Shown: positions 60,824 through 64,000 of the stretch, piece by piece
Numbering within the stretch: the first letter of the stretch is position 1
Layout of the letters: every line of letters starts with the position of its first letter
Source of the DNA: Candidatus Corynebacterium avicola
GTDB taxonomy: Bacteria > Actinomycetota > Actinomycetes > Mycobacteriales > Mycobacteriaceae
Reading direction: 5' to 3'
Length of the DNA: 64,000 nucleotides
Assembly: GCA_019114135.1 (NCBI GenBank)
Contig: DXGC01000073.1
Location: forward strand, 54,905-118,904
Program-made: the position numbers and the translations under genes
Notes under the pieces: generated by a model
What the model was told of the DNA's origin: nothing
The model's input: the letters and a program-made list of their open reading frames with translations, nothing else
Databases searched by the model: none

Positions 60824-60891
60824 GTCCGAAACGTGGGACGGATCGCTGTGATTCCACGCGGAATCACAGCGATCCGTCCCACCCTTTCGGC
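60824..60891. repeat. REP-like palindromic element, copy 2 (perfect 23-bp stem)
   Basis: gtgggacggatcgctgtgattcc (60833-55) acgc ggaatcacagcgatccgtcccac (60860-82). Confidence 0.9.
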
Positions 60892-60912
60892 ACCAAGGGA
60901 GAGGGGCAGCGG

Positions 60913-61794
60913 CTACTTGGCCTTCACCGCGTCCGCGGCAGCCCAACGCAGGCCGCGGTTCAGCAGCCGCATCACCCCGCGGTAGGCCCACGGCATGTTC
61001 ACCTGCGCCCAGCGTCCCAACCGGATGTCGAAGCTGGTGAAGATCAGGTAGCGGCCCTTGCGCACACCCGAGACGATGCTGTGCGCCGCCTCCGCGGGGC
61101 TGTCGGCATGCCCCTGGAAGAGCTTCTTCACCTTCGCCACCCGTTCATTCGTCTGGTCCACTTTGTCGATGTCGATCGTGCCGACCAGGGGAGTGTCCAC
61201 CGCACCCGGCGCGGCGACGTGCACGCTCACCCCGTGCGGGGCCAGGTCGAAGCGCAGCACCTCGCACATGCCCATCACCCCGCCCTTCGACGCGGAGTAC
61301 GCCGCATGCCACGGCAGACCGATGATGCCCGCCGCCGAGGACACCATGCACAGCCGGCGCTTCTTCGGCTTGCGTCCGAACAAGCCCTCGCCCCGCTCGG
61401 CGATCGGCCCCGCGGCAGTCAGTGCCGGGGTGAAGGCCTCGACGATGTGCACCGAGCCCATCAGGTTCACCTCGATGACCTTGACCCATTTGTCGTGCGG
61501 CATCGTCCGCGGATCGCCCCAGATGGCGATGCCGGCGACGTGGTACACCTCGTCCGGTGTGCCATGCTCCACGATCAGCCGGTCGGCCCAGGACTTCACC
61601 TGTTCGACCTCGGTGACGTCCAGCGCCTGGGCGTCCAGCAGGGACCCCGGACGCATCGCCTCGACATCTTGGCCGGTCTGCGTCAGTCCCGTCTCGTCGC
61701 GGTCGGTGATCATCACCTCGTGGCCCTCGTGGGCCAACAGCAGTGCGACCTCCCGTCCGATCCCCGAGGCCGCCCCCGTCACCACACACCGCAT
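60913..61794 (-). CDS. Short-chain dehydrogenase/reductase
   Basis: TGAASGIG, VNLMG, SSAAG, YSASK. Confidence 0.93.
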   Translation of the reverse strand: MRCVVTGAASGIGREVALLLAHEGHEVMITDRDETGLTQTGQDVEAMRPGSLLDAQALDVTEVEQVKSWADRLIVEHGTPDEVYHVAGIAIWGDPRTMPHDKWVKVIEVNLMGSVHIVEAFTPALTAAGPIAERGEGLFGRKPKKRRLCMVSSAAGIIGLPWHAAYSASKGGVMGMCEVLRFDLAPHGVSVHVAAPGAVDTPLVGTIDIDKVDQTNERVAKVKKLFQGHADSPAEAAHSIVSGVRKGRYLIFTSFDIRLGRWAQVNMPWAYRGVMRLLNRGLRWAAADAVKAK

Positions 61795-61839
61795 TGCATC
61801 CAGCTCCTTTTGCCTTGGAAACCCTGTCCGGGTCCCAAC

Positions 61840-63309
61840 CTATCGGAATTCCAGCCCCAGCACCGCGTTCTCGACAAGCTCGGACAGCGACGGATGCGGC
61901 CAGTACTGCTTGGTGGCGAACTCCACCAGGTCCAGGTCGAACTCCATGGCGGTGACCAGCAGCTGGATCAGGGTGGCGGCCTGCGGGCCCATGATGTGCG
62001 CGCCCAGCAGACGGTGGGAGTCTGCGTCGGCGATGAGCTTGCAGAAGCCGGTGGTGTCCTCCATCGCCCAGCCGTAGGCGACGTCCGAGTACTCCTGGAC
62101 CTTCACAGTGACCGTCCGGCCGTTGGCCTCGGCCCACTCGTGCGCCTGCTCCTCGGTCATGCCGACGTAGCCGATCTGCGGGTGGGTGAAAATACCGCCG
62201 GGCACGTTGTCGTGCTTGAACTGCTGCAGGTTCGCGTCGCCCGCGGTCTCCTCGGCGGCGACGTTGTGGAAGACCGCGCGAGCCTCCTGGTTGGCCACGT
62301 GCTTCAGCTGGAAGGTGTTGGACGCATCGCCCAGCGCCCACACGCCCGGTGCGGTGGTGCGTCCGAACTCGTCGGTGATGATGCGGCCGTCCTCGGCGAG
62401 TTCCACACCGCCGGCCTCGGCGTTGAGCAGGTCGCCGTTCGGGACGCGGCCCTGGGCCAGCAGCAGCTCGTCGCAGTCGATCTCTCGGCCGTCGTCGAGG
62501 GTGATCGTGGTCAGCCCGCCCTCGGCGCGAGCAGCGGTGACCGTGTGGCCCAGCAGGTTCGTCCACTGGTTGTTGGAGAGCTCGGTGAAGCGTTCGGACA
62601 CCGTCTGGTCGTGGCGGCGCAGCAGCTGCTCGGAGCGGTTCACCACGTAGACCTCGACCCCCAGGGAGGAGAAGATGTGCGCGAACTCGGTGGCGATGAT
62701 CCCGCCGCCCATGATGACCAGGGTGCGGGGCAGCTCCGGCATCCGCATGATGTCGATGTTCGTGCGGTAGGGGACGCCGGACTCCTCGATCACCGGCGGC
62801 ACCCAGGTGCGCGAGCCGGTCGCCAGGACGATCTGGTCGCCGGTGATGGTGGTGGCGACGCCGGACTTGCCGTCGCCGATCTGCAGGGTGCGCTCGCCGG
62901 TGAAGCGGGCGATGTCGCTGTAGAGGGTGATGTTCGGGGTCTCGTCGCCCCGGCGGTACTCCTCGCCACCCTGGGAGATCGGGTCGATGCGCCGACCGAA
63001 GACGCGCTCCTGCAGGCCCTCCCAGTTCACCTTCCAGTCGGCGACGGTGATCTCTTCCGCGGCGGCCCCGCCGATGGGATAGATGCCGTAGGTGTCGAGG
63101 TTCTGGAGCTCGCGGACGATGTCGGCGGTGTAGACGTACATCTTCGTCGGGATGCAGCCGACGTTGATGCAGGTTCCGCCGAAGATGCCCTTCTCGACGA
63201 TGGCGATCTTGCGGTCGTTGAGTTCCTCGGGGATGGAGTTGCCGGAGCCCGTGCCGATGATGATGAGGTCGTAGTGCTCGCTGCTGGACTGGGGTGTATC
63301 GCTGCTCAT
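61840..63309 (-). CDS. mtr: Mycothione reductase
   Basis: IIGTGSGN, GGTCINVGCIPTK, GGGIIATEF, QLKHVAN, YWPHPSLSE; TACCAT -10 7 nt before ATG. Confidence 0.95.
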   Translation of the reverse strand: MSSDTPQSSSEHYDLIIIGTGSGNSIPEELNDRKIAIVEKGIFGGTCINVGCIPTKMYVYTADIVRELQNLDTYGIYPIGGAAAEEITVADWKVNWEGLQERVFGRRIDPISQGGEEYRRGDETPNITLYSDIARFTGERTLQIGDGKSGVATTITGDQIVLATGSRTWVPPVIEESGVPYRTNIDIMRMPELPRTLVIMGGGIIATEFAHIFSSLGVEVYVVNRSEQLLRRHDQTVSERFTELSNNQWTNLLGHTVTAARAEGGLTTITLDDGREIDCDELLLAQGRVPNGDLLNAEAGGVELAEDGRIITDEFGRTTAPGVWALGDASNTFQLKHVANQEARAVFHNVAAEETAGDANLQQFKHDNVPGGIFTHPQIGYVGMTEEQAHEWAEANGRTVTVKVQEYSDVAYGWAMEDTTGFCKLIADADSHRLLGAHIMGPQAATLIQLLVTAMEFDLDLVEFATKQYWPHPSLSELVENAVLGLEFR

Positions 63310-63589
63310 GAAACCGATGGTACGTAGGACAGTCCCGGCGATGTTGGCTACGCCTGACCGGTTGCCCCTCACTCCGGATTCCTGCTGCTGACAAGCTGCC
63401 TTCCTGCTGACGCTGTTCCGCTCCCGGCGCCGGAAAGGTGGTATGAATCGCTGGTCTTTCGGGCGATTTCCCAGCGATTCGTCCCACGGATTCGACAACT
63501 TTCCCGAAATGAATCACCAAGGCGGGTTCGGTGTGGTGTGATGACTCCAGCGCTTCGAGGGGGTCGGGGCGCAGGGGAGGGACCTAGCT

Positions 63590-64000
63590 TTGGGAACACA
63601 GGGGACACCGGCGAATCCTGCGTGGAAGCTACCACCGGACATCGCTCGTGCGCTGAGCGAAGGTCGGTACACGCCGGGCAGGGGACCGTGGTACAGCTCG
63701 CGGATCCTGCCGGCGCAGGTTCCGGAACGGCGGGACTGGCTCGAGTCCTCCGGAGTGAGTCGGTGGGTCATAGACCGTGGATACGACACGGTCACCAGGG
63801 GAGTGGTGCTCAAGCGTGACGGTGACGATGGAGACCGGGAAGCCACGCGACCGGGGATCGACACCGGGGCTTACCGGCACTGCATCATCACCCGCGCCCG
63901 GGCCCAGCTGATCAAGCACCATGAGACCTGTGTCCTCGGTGGATGGGGAGCCGCCGCATTCCACGGACTGAAGTACTGGGCGGATTCCGCACCGGTGCTA
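63590..64000 (+). CDS. Hypothetical protein, 3'-truncated by the window edge (resembles actinobacterial AbiEi-like/DUF559-associated proteins)
   Basis: TTG 63590 after GGGGAGG; open to window end; VLGGWGAAAFHGLKYWAD. Not in the ORF track. Confidence 0.5.
   Translation, partial: MGTQGTPANPAWKLPPDIARALSEGRYTPGRGPWYSSRILPAQVPERRDWLESSGVSRWVIDRGYDTVTRGVVLKRDGDDGDREATRPGIDTGAYRHCIITRARAQLIKHHETCVLGGWGAAAFHGLKYWADSAPVL

Noticed and set aside
60229-63327. 1032-aa plus-strand ORF
   Set aside because: Antisense or off-frame shadow of the MatC, SDR and mtr genes; no domain motifs; expected in high-GC DNA.

Overview
High-GC actinobacterial chromosome segment; RpsB, Tsf, Mtr and gene order point to Corynebacterium. 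About 1-22.3 kb is conserved core: tex C-terminus, rplS, lepB, rnhB, DUF2469, yraN, yifB/comM, dprA, xerC, M23 peptidase, rpsB-tsf-pyrH-frr-cdsA, rlmN, dxr, rip1/rseP, PBP, map. ispG is absent from its usual place after rip1. From map (ends 22305) to mtr (61840-63309) lies ~39 kb of mostly accessory DNA. It holds a low-GC lipoprotein + PE/PPE-like gene pair, a D-arabitol/mannitol cluster, an orphan gene resembling two fused antitoxin modules, duplicated esterases and two pseudogenes. It also holds a low-GC defence-like island (RHH/MazF TA pair, GmrSD with a RAMA-like tail, internally deleted type ISP R-M gene, 1040-aa exonuclease-TerB-BRCT-sigma4 fusion), a Tat-lipoprotein amidase, a 68-aa PorH/ProtX-like peptide, an organic-acid catabolic operon of unknown substrate and REP-like palindromes. 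No rRNA, tRNA, CRISPR array, transposase or prophage gene was seen. All family calls come from motif recognition by eye, not from database searches.
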